Source: Lytechinus pictus
Lineage: Eukaryota
Assembly (NCBI RefSeq): GCF_037042905.1
Contig: NC_087246.1
Coordinates: forward strand, 9,240,001 to 9,304,000
Direction of reading: 5' to 3'
Length of the DNA stretch: 64,000 bases
Shown here: in pieces, positions 9,737-23,371 of the stretch
How the letters are laid out: each line of letters starts with the position of its first letter
Numbering within the stretch: the first letter of the stretch is position 1
Program-made: the position numbers and the translations under genes
Notes under the pieces: model-generated
What the model was told of the DNA's origin: nothing
The model's input: only the letters and a program-made list of their open reading frames with translations
Databases searched by the model: none

Positions 9737-11335
9737 GACAAAGATACAGACTAATATTAGTAGACCACTACTTACTTATGACTCTGCTAACAAATTGTCA
9801 TACAAACGGGTATTATAATTATGGTTATTATCATTACTATTAATATATTAATATTATTTTTATCATTCACATATCCAAAAATTAAGTATTGTAAATAAAG
9901 AAGCATTCACGCTTTAAATTACACTCCTGAAAAATAAAAGGAGATGTTCTATCATAATTTACCAGTAAATGCAGTGATTGCCATGGAGGTAATATTAAGT
10001 CGTGGCAACTGACAAATAAGGCTATAAATAGTATGATTGTGTAGAACTGCTAAACAAAAAAAAATAAAGATACAGGCAAAAGGGTATTCAATATTAATTT
10101 AATTAAATGTATTTAAATTCTGGAAGGCTTAGCAATTATCCCAAAACAACATTAGGACTCACACATTAATTGATATATAGGAGCAATGAGCAAAAGTTGA
10201 TTAATGTAGTTGTTAATGAACATGAAAAACATTCAAATGAGAAGAGAGAATAATCTAAACTCAGTATGGTACTGTACGGGAAATGTAATATTCTAAAAAG
10301 CAAATTAGGATTGAGCTGTAAAAATAAACATCCTGCATCCCGTACATTCATACACTCATTGAGCACTCAGTTTGGTAATTCACCTAGACTTCATGGATCA
10401 CCAGTAATAAACAACTTTACAAGAATTATGAGACTTTTCAGTTTCATAGAATTCAATAAGTCAATGAGGTAAGGGATTGCACTTTCTCAAATCATAGGGG
10501 AAATGAGGTCTTACGGAATTTGAAAGGCTTACTATTGGCTCTCACATTATTTAGTATCAGTCCGTCATGCAAATCCATTGGACTAACTTTAGTGTGATAA
10601 TCCAGATCGTACAAATTCAACCAAACTGAGCTCAGCATCACTCATTCAATGAACAAGGTAATGATATAACCTTGTTCTCTGTTACTGCTCCCTGTGAGGT
10701 GAAATACGGTTGGCAATGTTTGGCTTATTGTCTCTTGTTCTTGGGGACAAATTTACTTTTTGACACTGTCGGTTTCCATTACAAATCATCATATAACTTG
10801 GATCTCAAGTAAATTTAATCCTTTTATTTTTTCTAAATAAAAAATTGAGATTATTGAAAGACAATTTTTCTTGCAATTTTGCTTTTCACCAATAGAGGTC
10901 CTACACAAAAATATGCCCAAAATTCAAGTTTTTGAGCGCTCTGGTTAATACAAAAATGGTACCCATGTCACTGATGAAAAATCAATTTCAACTGTAAGGA
11001 AATTAATATTTTGGTTACGAAGGTGATATTTTAATGATTTTGTGTGTGTGTGTTGTATACTGCATACATGTAGGTCTACACTTAGATTCAGGCAGGGTGG
11101 TTGCAGTGAACAAGTACTCAGCATCAGCATCATCATTTAATTTGTGTTTTCTAAGTCTTCAATGAGGTCTCATGAATTTTATCCCCAAATTACATGAATT
11201 TATGATGTTTCAAAGTAGGGTCTACATTGCATCTTATGGGTCCTCACGCTAGATCTCTATCTTTACAAATTTCCCTCACTTGCTTCTCCCAAGCATGTCA
11301 AACTGTTAGTGTGAATATTCATGAGTAGGTCTATA

Positions 11336-11852
11336 TGGTAGGGGGTCCTAAAGCTGCGCGGGTCCTAAAGCTACGCACCACTCATCGCGCATGCAGTTTT
11401 TATGGCAAATGCGCACTCTGTGTGTGGAACTGTGTGTCTGCAGAGTGACGAACGATTCCTATTCAATTTTTTCAAGAGGCTGCAGTAAATCTCTAAATGC
11501 AGAGAAAACCAACAACTGTTTGGAATTTTGGAGTTATATTCGCTTAAATTTCATTTTATGCTATAATAATATGAATATATTTTAGAAATTGAGGCACAGG
11601 ATATACTATTTTTTTGCATGATAAATCGAGTGCGTAGCTTTAGGACCCCTTCTATATCGGGTGGCAAAATCAAGAGGTGTTCGGAAAACACGGCGGGATT
11701 TTCGTATAAGTGAGTTTTGCGATATTTTCTTCTTGGTTAATGATCTTTAGAATGTTTGCCACAAATTAGTGAAAGATATTTGTTGAAATATTAAAATTGG
11801 GATAGTTTTTATTGTTTGAAAACAAAGTGCGTAGCTTTAGGTCCCCCCATCA
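11336..11852. mobile_element. TA-flanked MITE with TIR containing GG(T/A)CCTAAAGCTACGCAC
   Basis: Inverted copies at ~11336-11378 and ~11827-11852, with an extra internal copy at ~11630-11649; TA on both sides. Confidence 0.7.
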
Positions 11853-13242
11853 TACATTGAGACCGTTTCACATTTGCATCAGATCTCGATGTATGGTCCT
11901 ACTCACGAATATTCATGAATTGAGCTCCAATTTTCGCGCATGCACAGTTTGCGTTTGCGATGTTTTGGAATCGGCAGTGAATTAATACGTGTGACGAAAA
12001 TGTTACTGGTTCTAAATCACTGATTTTGAGACTGATAGAAGCATAGAAAAGAAGTGAAACTTTGTGAAAAGTAAGATTAGATTTCATTGTTTTTAAAGAT
12101 TGTGATGTTGCATGAATTTTATATTTTCCCCCCATAAAATCCCACCTTTGTCACTCAGAGTATCAGAGCAAGTTTTGTACCTTGATGTTCAGGTAGGTGT
12201 AGCGTAGTACAGCAGTAGTGAAGTGGTGTGGAGCCTACACGAACATCACTTGAGGTATGTGCAAATGAGCAAATTTAAAATCGTTGTATTCGTTGTTACA
12301 TATAGTGTATACGCGAATGGAATCAGAGTCGCCAATCGAAACATGGCATGGGAATCTGATCTGCTCAATTTTCTGCACAAATGAGACGAAAACTAAGTAA
12401 AACTGATAAATATTTTTGCAGATACAATGCTTATAATATAGGAAATTAATGTGGTCGATAATGGGTAGTTCCATTAATGGCCAACCATAGTCCGGCATAG
12501 TCTATTCTAGCTTAGACAGGAATAACCGTCGTTTCTGGGGATTTATTCAACAATTTCTGACATTTTAGTTTTTACTAGTCCCCATTGTGAGTGAGCCAAC
12601 GCAGTTCAGCGGAACGACCAAAATACAGTCTTATTACAGAGACTGAAGCTTTTGCCTTTGGTCCAATTCTAGTAAATCATCTTCTAAAGTTCTAGATCTA
12701 GGCCTATATCATGTCCCCCCGATGGCTCGGATAGGTGGAGCGGAGAGTAGCGGTAGTGAAATGTAGATTGTAGTGGAGCCTATACGATCTACGACTACGA
12801 ACCATCGCCTGAGCCTACCCTCTGTGCAATGGGGGGGGGGGGGGGGGCTTAACTTAAGTACTGCAATCACCGTTTTTTTAGATCTGCACGGCCATAACGG
12901 CGACGCACCCCGACACTACAGTTCCGCGGAGCCGGAGACGGGCAGAGGCAGAGCGTGGGGCAGAGCGCTGCCGGGGAGCCAGCGGATAACTCGACGGACG
13001 ACGTCGACGAGCTACGAAATAGCTCCACTGAGTCTGAGAGCTCAGTCTAAGAAGTTGAAACACAAACAAAAAAACAATAATTTGCATCCATATATTACAT
13101 CATTCCTCATACTAAACTTCAAGATTTACCAAGTACCGGTACAGTGCGAAATAGGAAAACAACCTCACAAAGTCAAAGACAGTCTGACGTGACTGAGGGG
13201 CTGGGCGTCATTCGTCGCGTAGAGATGATCATTAAGAACGTA

Positions 13243-16200
13243 CCGTACGCTGCCCAATCGTCGCTCAGTTTATGTTTTTTCCTTTATGTTTCATTCAATT
13301 AGCTATGATACCCTTACTTCTATATGTCAACTGAAAGAAAAAATACTGGAAAATTGTTTCATAGGATAATAATTATATGTCTTCAAAGCACCGATGTGTA
13401 ATTCGCCGTTTTCGGCACCCTTGCGCCTGTCCCATTCGCCGCTCACCACTGCCCTAACTCCGCTCACTTAGCGCGCGCATTCATACAATGTAGTTTATAA
13501 GGCCTGATACTGTCTAACTCTTTTTTCTACCCTTTTTTCTTGCACTTCTGAGTGAGAAAGTGTGTAATTTTGTTGTGATTAAATGTATTCTTTACAAGTT
13601 TTATAGTACTATACACTGTATAAAATGTTCCTTTCGCCAAGTGCAATTATTTTTAGGGTCTCAAACTTTTCGTTACTGATCTACGCCTATATATCTTTTT
13701 TTTTTATCCTCCAAACTTTATTCCGTATTTTTTATAAAATACATATTTTCAAAAACCTTTCCCGACAAACTTTAAACTGATTTCAATTGTCTAATAATAT
13801 AAATATGATTCTAATCCATTCATGAATTTTATGAGTTTATTATCATTATTTATTTTTTTCGGAAATGAAAAGTATATGAAATTGGAACAATTAATGTAAT
13901 ACAACATTAACAGAGTATAGATTGAGCACCCACTGGGTCAAATAAATTACTGTTGTCAATAAAGACCATGACCCTAACCAGTGCTATAATAAGGGTGCTT
14001 ACATAAAATCGGAAGCGGATAAAAGAGTCAGCATGAACAAAAATGTTTAAGAACAATATATATAATAGAATAACATGCTTGATATAGTTAAGATAACTTA
14101 ATTAACTTAAAATATCAATATTGATGAATTTACATTCTTATGAATAAAACGCTATAAAGCTCTTTTAGCACATTCGCCATTCAAAGTAATCATTTTCGCC
14201 ACTCATCCAACTTGAGTGCCCCCCCCCCCTTGTCGTCCCTTCCGCTCATCGCCCCCTGATGCCATTGACCATTGATTTCCATTATTATTTTTTTATTATT
14301 AGAAATAATTATTTGCATCCTCTTTCAGGTTCTAATTCAAATTTGTTGCTTTTAACACTGTCTTGACTCATTATTTATCAAGTATGTATTCGCGTATCCC
14401 ACTTTTTTGTTTACTTTTTCGTTTACTCTTTATTTATTCCCCTACTTTTTCTTGTCGTATTGATATTTTATGGGACTCTCACTGCATATTCTTTGGAGCC
14501 TTCAACCAACAAGCTTTGCTATTACTTTTAGCTCCCTCATATCCACATCTCTCATTTTCTTTCTTTGTCATTATTTTAGAACCAATTACAAGAATACATT
14601 CTAGTACTTTTTTCTCTTGTTATATTATGTATACATTTCATATTTTTACGATGTTTATTTATGCTTATCTATGAAAACTTGTATAATATTATTGCATGTA
14701 TTGAATTGTTGATTTTTTGAAAATGTGAAATGTTGACGTGCATAAACCTTGAACCCTGAACTCCGATAATATTTTTGGGGGATTCCCTTATATTGACTTT
14801 CATTTAAAAAAAGCTCATCTTGAAAAACAACAATAAATATTTAATCACCTCGCTGGTTCAAGTTCATATTCGAACTCCCGTCAATAATAGGAGAGGGAAA
14901 AAGGCACTCAAGAAAATTCTATTTGTTCAAAATAAATTGGTCAATTTAAATCCTGTTCCGTTTTCAAACAAAACACAATTAAAAAAAGGAAATCTCCAGA
15001 AACATGACAAAGTTTCATCTATTCAAATCAATCAGGAAACTATTGACCGAGTTCAAAAGGCCTATATAGACCCATTAGTGGGATAATTTTTCTTATTTAT
15101 TCATTTAAATTCTTTATTTTATTTAGATTTATAGATATGAATCAGATATAGGCATGCAGATAATGCATATAGGCCTAGCATAAAATATATGTATCATTAG
15201 GCTCATAAGTTATCACATATAGGCCTAATTACACATCTATTTGAGGTGACGTGTATAAAATCCTTGTTTCATTCCAATTAAATTATCCCTAAATTTCATA
15301 CTCAGAGTAAATAATATTGGTAATCATCAAAATATGAATGCGCCACATAAAAAAAAACAGTATTACGATCGATAATAGCCTAGAAGACATGCCAGGGGCC
15401 GCGGAACCGGGGAGGGGCTTCACCCCAGAACAAAAAAAAAACTATATATCCCTATATCTCCAGCTTATCTGCCTGCTCCATGATAAATCGTTGACGACCG
15501 AGGGGCTTTTATTTGCCGTCACCCTCAGCTAAAGGGAGAGAGAGAGGGGGGGAAGAAATCGAAGGAGAAGTGAGAGAGGAAAATGTAAAAGAGTATAAAG
15601 AAGAAAAAATGGACGCGTCGCAAAAAAGACAACGCCGGGAAGCCAAAAATAATAAAATGAAAAAAAAAAGATTAAGAGGAAGGAAAATAAAAGGAAGAAG
15701 ACAAGACGAAAATGAGAGTTGGGGGACCGACAAATACCTATACCCTTCATTTAGAACAAAATAACTATTCAGCCAGCGCTTCGCGTCCGCATTGCTCGTT
15801 TGTTTCATTATTCATGTCTTGTTTTCAAGTCATTCTCGGTCTGTAAGATAAAACATCATTACAGAAGTGCTTAAAATGTCTCGTTTTTTCTCTGAATCAG
15901 GGGCGGAAATCTCTCCCAAAAAGTAGGGGGGGGGGGCAAGGGGCTGGAAAATTTGACAAGCAAAAAAAAATTGTTCATGAATTCATATGACACTCGATCT
16001 CTTTTCGATCTCTTTTAAGACTTACTTTATTATTCATGCATTACAGTTATAATCTGCTCTAGCTAACATAATGAGCATAATAATATAGGCTGATCAATCG
16101 AGCTGATTTCTCTTAGAAAGTTGTACAAGCAAATATTACCACTATTTTTATTGAATGTTTCTTATGAGGTAGGCCTATACTGAATTATGACCTGAAATAA

Positions 16201-17580
16201 ATTCAGACATTCCTACATTGTTTACATTCAATTTTCATCTCATATTAAATTCACGAGTTGAATTAGTAGAGTAATCAGGCGTTACCATGGCAACATACCA
16301 TTACCATGCATTCAAATGAACTTATATCCATGCAGAACACTCTGTTGTTTTCGATATTTAATTCAAATGAGTTGGTCAAACCTATATAGATTTTGGCATT
16401 TTCATTGTCATTTTCCACCATTCATCTTTTCCCACCATAATGTTGATTTATGATGGCAATTCAATAAATGCCCCCAACGTACATGGCCAAAGTTCATTGA
16501 CCTTAAATTACCTTTGACCGTGGCATGACCTGAAACTCACTATAGGATTTTCACTGACTCCCTTCTAAGTTTCATGATAGCTATAAAACCTGTAGGCCTA
16601 TTTCAAACTTATGATTACATTTCACAAACTTTATCCTGTTTTAAGATTTCAATGTTTACGACGCCGCCCGCGCGGCGCCGTCGGAAAAAGCGGCGCCCTG
16701 TCTCGATCTGCAGGCAATCAAGATAATTGTATTTTTCTGCGGGAAAGATAAGCCGTTACCATGGCAATGGATCTTTTGCAAATACTTTGATGACTTGATA
16801 GGCCTATAGGCCTATCTAGAAATTGACTTTGGAAGGCTTAAGAATGATAGATTGGACCATTTAAATTGACAGGGTAATATGCCAAATAGGCTCAATATGT
16901 TATTTTTTTAAAACATATTAATCAGTTGCCATGGCAACGGCGGAAGGAGGCATTTATGAACCTGGCAACAAGCGGATTCATGTTCAGCACCATCAAAATA
17001 GAGGAAATGACACAAAAAATCAGATTCTAAAGAAAAGTCTACTTGAAAAATTATGAAAATTCCGTTTAGGCCCTATACTCTTACAATGATTATCATACTA
17101 CAATCAGGGTGAGCGGAGTTAGGGCAGGCTGCTATCTCAAGGTATGCCCTCGCTAATTCATTCACACAACAAATATTCATTCTAGAAAAATTTCTCATGA
17201 CGACATATCAGGACCTCCTGCACCTGCGACTCTCACATTTTCATTCATCATATAAGAATATAACATTTTTCACTGTTTTGGGGAGTTTTTAAAGTGATTG
17301 AAAAAAAACCGTAATTTGGTGCAGTTGCGGTACAGTTGATCGAAGTTCAAACAGTTATCGGGTTACTTTACATTTAAAGCAGTATTTCACGATGATTTAT
17401 TAAGGGATTGATTTTATTTTTCCACACTTTGTTTTTTCATGTAATGGTCTCCTTTTGGGTGCTTAATTATGCGAGTATACTAAACAATAAGGAATTTGGG
17501 ACGAATTTAAAATGATAATCATAATAAGCAGCGTGCGCATCGCGCTTGTTGAGGGTGAGCGAGAATTGGGCAGCGTACGG
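13243..17580. mobile_element. 4.3-kb TA-flanked non-autonomous Tc1/mariner-superfamily-like element carrying nested repeats
   Basis: 25-bp TIR CCGTACGCTGCCCAAT(CG/TC)TCGCTCA, 23/25 identical; TA at 13241-2 and 17581-2; inner inverted pair CTGCCCTAACTCCGCTCAC at ~13449-13467 and ~17109-17127. No transposase ORF. Confidence 0.75.
16441..16720 (-). mobile_element. Degenerate HINE fragment (copy E)
   Basis: Diverged GGCCAAAGTTCATTGACC unit and CCGTCGGAAAAAGCGGCGCC end motif. Confidence 0.7.
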
Positions 17581-18425
17581 TACGCAGAGGGCGACAATAC
17601 CGTTACCGTATATTTGGATGGTACGAGTTTGAGTTTTTAAAAAAAGAATGCGAATTTTTTTTATTTAGGCCATCTAATATTTTTGGGGGAAATGATCCAG
17701 CCCCGGATCCAGCATCTAGAGGCGGATCCAGGGGGCCGAGCCCATTTGTCTATGGCCGAGCCCCGCAGCAGCGCCCCTCCCAGTATTCTAAATAAAAAAA
17801 GGGAATTCAAAAGGAAATAAAAAAAGGGAATAAAAAGGGGGGGAAAGAGAGATAGCGAAATGGGGAGGAGAGGAGAAAAAAATATATATAATATGGGACG
17901 AAGAAAAGTGAATGAAATAGGAGAAGGAATAATTGGAAATAGTAAGTTAATAGATTTTTTTTTTTCGCGAGCGAAGATGTGATCTTCGCTCGCGCTCGAT
18001 CACATCGCCTGTTGCATGGTTGAGTGATAACTGATATGATCATCTTCACAAGATGATAACATGAGGCTGAAAATCCCGTTTCAAATCAATAATTTACCTT
18101 CAATACACACAAACTTAAAAATCTTTTATGGGGGGGGGGGCTTCAGCCCAAAAGCCCCCCCCCCCCCCTTGCGCCTTCAGTGACTAACAAAGAGGATACA
18201 TCTCACAATCAGATGGTGAGTCGATGCGCATTTCAGGAAAACTGCTTAGAGTATAGTCTTTTTTATAGTTGAAATAGGCATATTTTTATAGGCCTATAGA
18301 AAACCTAAGATGCATTTGAAACTCAAAATTGATCAGCAAAAGTCAGATTTTGCCGCCGATCGGGGAAAATGTGAAATAGAATATGCCCGGAGATTTTTTT
18401 TGCATTTTCTGATGTCTACTTGATT

Positions 18426-20520
18426 TCATGGGCGGAAATCCCAGGGGGGACAGGGGGGACGTGTCCCCCCCTACTCAAAATAGTAGGGGGGACAATATCA
18501 AATGTCCCCCCTACTATTTTTGGTCTTTTATGATGGTAAGAAATACATCATTCTAAATCGAAATAAAACATGTATTTTGGGACGAGTTGGGACGAGATGA
18601 CCGTACCCTTGGGATGATAACCTTTTTTTTTTATTGTCACATTTCCCCGCCCCTTTCCCCATAGGCGGATCCAGGAGGCCGAGGCCCCCCCCCCCCTATT
18701 GGCGGAGCAAAAAAAGGGAAAGAAAGAAGGAAAAAGGAAAAAAAGAGGGAAAAGAGAGGAGAAAAAGAAGAGAAGGATGACGAGTGCATAAAATAAGATG
18801 AGGGGAAGACTTGGAAAATAAAAATAAAAAATTTTCGCTCGCGCTTCGCGCTCCCATTGCCTGTTAGGTGATTTACATATCTTGTTCAATATGGAGCTCA
18901 AATATCAAGTTTGGAAGTCAATATACAAAACATATTTCACCTCGAAAATCGAACTTTCATTATTTTGTGTGATTTACAAATTGATTTTTAAAAGTGCTAT
19001 GTAAAAATGTCAGTTTTATGGTCTGAATAATTTTATCAACATTTGCTGCTTGCGCTGCGCGCTCGCAAATTTTGATACATCAGGTACCTATTATTTTCGT
19101 GTATTCCATAAAGTTTTTAAAATATCCCTTTTCATGTCTGATTTTCAAGACGTATCAGCTAGCGCTGCACGCTGGCATTTTGATTGGCGAGTTATGTATG
19201 TTTCAATATTGATTATACAACAAACTACTTAAAATCCCCTTTTCATGATATTTTATCAAAAATTTTAGCTCGCGATTTGCGCTGGCATTAATGGTTAAAA
19301 ATATATTAACTGATGCATCCTATTCATAATTACAAAAGTGAAATGTCCAGTTTTTATGCCATAATATCATCAGATTTCGCGCCCTCATTAGGCATCAATA
19401 AATATGATATTAATTTAATAATTAAATTGTCACTTTTGTTTCATCTCGCGCTTAGCAAGAGGAATAGGAAGATAGTCATCATTTTCATGACATGTCGTAA
19501 GGATGTCCTGGTCCTTGTCAAAACTCAAAGTAATAATAATGAAAATTTTAGCTCTTTTTTTTAAGTGCGATCCATATCCACCTTACAATTTTCCTACACA
19601 GTGCTTGAAATATAAAACTGTAATTGACTCTTTTTTCAGATCGGAATATCAAAGTTTCATGATTTTCATGATTAAAGATGTATTTAAAATGCCTAGATTA
19701 TGGGTCTAAATATGAAACACGCGCGCGCATGTTTATTCAAATAATCAACTTGTTCTCTATTTAAATCATTATCCAGTTTCAGATCACAATATCAAAAATT
19801 TTCTGCTCGCGCTTTGTGCTCGCATTATTAATGTAGGAAAACCCCCTATTACTCATCCTTTTCATGATTTACAAAACATTGATTTTGATTGATTTATTTT
19901 ATTTAAACACGGTCAAAAGCCCTCGATCAGCCTATGGCTGTTTACATATAACATGAACAGAGTGGCCCATTTTTAGGTCTAAATCTCGATTTTTTTTTCT
20001 GCTCGCGCTTCGCGCTCACATCAATTTTTGAATTATATAGCTATCCTGTTCACGATTACAAAAAAATTGCCATTCTTTCTTTAGAAATTTTCAGCTCGCG
20101 CTTCGCGCTCGCATTTTTTGATTGTTGAAATATGTAACGCCTTCATGGCTAAGTGCAAGCAGTCCTTAACAGGTACCTTTTCAACAGGTACCAGTTCAAA
20201 ACTTATATAAAAAATTTCTGCTCGCGCTTTGCGCTCGCATTATTAATACTAATCCTTTTCATGATTTACAAAACATGAATAGAGTGTCTCGTTCAGTAAA
20301 TATCATAGGACTAAATCTCGAAATTTTCCGCTCGCGCTTCGCGCTCGCATCAATTGTCTACTTATATACCTATTCTACTTGAGTTACAAAAAGTGCTTAG
20401 AATTTCCATTCTTTATGTAAAAATGTCAAAAAAATCAGCTCGCGCTTCGCGCTCGCATTATTTGATTGTTAAATGCTATCTGCACGCAGTCTTTAACAGG
20501 TATCTTTTCCATCAGTTCAT
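18426..20520. repeat. Composite interspersed repeat with a degenerate ~120-bp array marked by GCTCGCGCTTCGCGCTCGCA
   Basis: G/C-run head (GGGCGGAAATCCCAGGGGGGGACAGGGGGGAC); the motif recurs at ~18837, 19806, 20001, 20095, 20220, 20330 and 20438. Confidence 0.7.
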
Positions 20521-20723
20521 TTCTTGGCAAGACGTTGCTTTCGAGATTGTATTATAGGCAAGTTTTCAGCCGTTCAGCAGGCCTTCATCAGGCCCAACAT
20601 AGTAACAAAGAGAACAAAACACATGCAAATAACTGAAGGTCATGTTAACAATTGTAGGCGTAGCTTAAATCAAGGTTCCCCAGAGCTATCTGTCCTTTGG
20701 AAAAATTGGTAATGTCGAAAAAA

Positions 20724-20794
20724 TGTCTCTGCCGGGAATCGAACCCGGGCCCCAGCTTGGAACGCTGGTGCCTTAACCACTAGACCACAGAGGC
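20724..20794 (-). tRNA. tRNA-Gly(TCC)-like cloverleaf, probably a repeat-borne pseudo-tRNA
   Basis: A box TGGTCTAGTGG; B box GGTTCGATTCC; stems GCCTCTG/CAGAGAC (1 mismatch), GTCT/AGGC, CCAGC/GCTGG (loop GTTCCAA), CCGGG/CCCGG; T6 run directly downstream. G32 and the 3-nt variable loop are atypical. Confidence 0.5.
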
Positions 20795-21397
20795 GGGTTA
20801 TTGGCAAGGGCGACCCCGATCCGATTGACCGTCAGATAAACAAATTTTCGACAACTGTACATACCAACTATAATTTCCTTTGTCGGGTGTTAGGTGGGTT
20901 TTGAATGAAAAGCCGCCATATGCCTCAGCTGGATCAAAGTTATTGCTTAGATACAGTACACGTATGGGAGAAATTATACTAATGTGAGAAATTATATTTA
21001 CAACAGCTTTGGCAACTCTTTATTTCAAATATTTTGTGAAAGAAATGGATGAGAGAACAATGGTAGGCGTAGCTTGAATCAAGGTTCCCCAGAGCTATCT
21101 GCCCTTTGGAAAAATTGGTTGGATGAGGTCTGAATTGAAAAGCTGCAAAACGAGCAGAAATGGTCATGAAGGGTCAATACAAAACATGATTCTTTTGTCT
21201 GTGTCAAGAGAGATGAAAATCCATTCAAATCAAGCCCCTGCTTCTTCATTTTTTATGTTTTGTTGTGGTTAATGTAGTGATGCATGGTTATGTGAGATAA
21301 CATGGTTTGAAATACCCATGTATGTTGTTTGTTATGCGTTTGCTTGTGCAGAGGTGTGTTTGATTCCATGTTAATGTTGATGTTAAGGTGCATGAAA

Positions 21398-21840
21398 CAA
21401 AAGAAACCGCTGAGAAACTCACTCATTACCACGAAAAAAAGAACAGCAACTTTTGAATTTTGACCTTGCCCCACATTTCAAGGCACTGCACCTCCATGTG
21501 AACCATAATCATATCATGTAGGGTATATCATTTTAAAGAAAATTAAATGATCCATTCATTGATATTTACTAAAAACCAAGAAAGGATTATCGATCAAAGT
21601 CAAAAGAAACCGCAGAGAAACTCACTCATCACCACGAAAAAAAGAACAGTGACTTCCAATAATGTGTCATTTTGCAACTTTTGAATTTTGACCTTGCCCC
21701 ACATTTGAGGCACTGCACCTCCATGTGAACCATAATCATATCATGTAGGGTATCATTTTAAAGAAAATGAAATGATCTATTTATCAATATTAATTACACA
21801 TTGATATTTACTAAAACCGAAAAGGGATTATCGATCAAAA
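21398..21840 (+). repeat. Imperfect tandem duplication (~204 and ~240 bp units)
   Basis: AAAAGAAACCGC(T/A)GAGAAACTCACTCAT...GGATTATCGATCAAA occurs twice. Confidence 0.85.
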
Positions 21841-21870
21841 TCAGATTTTCAAATTTTTTTTGGAGGAGTT

Positions 21871-22068
<198 letters not shown>

Positions 22069-22305
22069 ATTCTTCAAATTTCACTGACAAAAAATGATCA
22101 AATCATGATGAAACATGAAAAGGATCAGAATTTTAGATAATGAAAGCCCCGGATGAAAGCATATAATCTCAGCTCTCCGAAAAATAAGGAATAATTAAGT
22201 TGATTAATTATCACTGTTCAAGGGGTTCAAGCATTCAGTGTTTTATAGACTTTGATTATCCCACTTCATAATTTATGACTTCTATTAAGTTCTATATATA
22301 TACAT

Positions 22306-22960
22306 GAAGAGTTTGATTGCAAAATAGGGATTAGGTCCACTTTGGACCATTCTGAGAAAAAACATGTTTTATATTCTCACTTATTGCAATATCTTAATGA
22401 GAAACTAAATTGTCATGATGTACTAACCTATCATGTGAACATAAAATTGGATATAAAAGAAATCTACCTGTCTTCAATTTTTTCTATATATCTTTTTAAA
22501 AATTTATCATTCAGTGGACCTAACCCCTTTTGCAAGCAAACTGAAATGAATACAATCTCTTTTGATAAAAAAAAATTGATTTTTCTTTGCCCCTTTTATT
22601 CACCTTTTCATGTTAATTTCAAATTGTCTTTGGTGCGACTAAAAATATAGAGGTTTTGAGACAGAACACAATAAAATTTATGAAAAATGGACCTAACCCC
22701 TTTTGACAAATGAGCTCTTCCGACGATTTTGGTTGCAAAAGGGGTTAGGTCCACTTCAAGAAAATAATTTGTTTATTCATATTTCAATATTCTTATGCGA
22801 AACTAAATTTTCATGATACCCTATGAGAACATAAAATTGGGTATAAAAGAAATCTACCTGTCGTCATGTTTTTTTTAAATTATTATTTTCCAAAAAACAA
22901 TCTGTGTGGACCTAATTACCCTTTTGCAACCAAACTGAAATGGACCTAACCCCTTTGGAA
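22306..22960. mobile_element. MITE (22306-22720, TIR GAAGAG...GGTTAGGTCCA) followed by a partial second copy
   Basis: Inverted TTAGGTCCA / TGGACCTAACCCC motifs; internal sequence repeated at ~22727-22960. Confidence 0.6.
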
Positions 22961-23353
22961 AAGTGATTTTTCTTTGCCATTTTAGGCATTTTAGTTCACT
23001 TTTTAATGGGAAATTCAACTTTTCTTTGGTATCATCTTATAGAGCTACTAAAAATCTATACATTGAGACAAAAAAAAAATCAAATTTGATGAAAAGTGAA
23101 AAGGTGAAAAACAATTTAAAGGTTACCCTTTTCTCTTTCATACCATGATATACAAATGCATTATATTTTATTAGATTGAAAACCTCTGTTAATTCTCTAT
23201 TTCAGACGTATACTGTATTCCCCGTATGCCCGTATGGAAAATGGAAAGTTACTTCGGCTATGCATGATCCCCGGGCATGCTCTCCTTGCTGAGGATCTAG
23301 AATAGGTTAACCATAGAGATATACCGGTAGTCACTATTTCTAAAAATACCTTA

Positions 23354-23371
23354 TGTAATGACGTCATTACA
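23354..23371. promoter_or_regulatory. Perfect 18-bp palindrome containing a full CRE (TGACGTCA), ~370 bp upstream of the SPRING1 ATG
   Basis: TGTAATGACGTCATTACA. Confidence 0.45.

Noticed and set aside
12773..13192. 139-aa (+) and 69-aa (-) ORFs in the CpG-rich zone
   Set aside because: No family motifs; explained by local GC richness.
15513..15764. Lys/Glu/Arg-rich ORF
   Set aside because: Purine-rich low-complexity tract inside a repeat; similar tracts occur at ~17810, 18710, 40110 and 62780.
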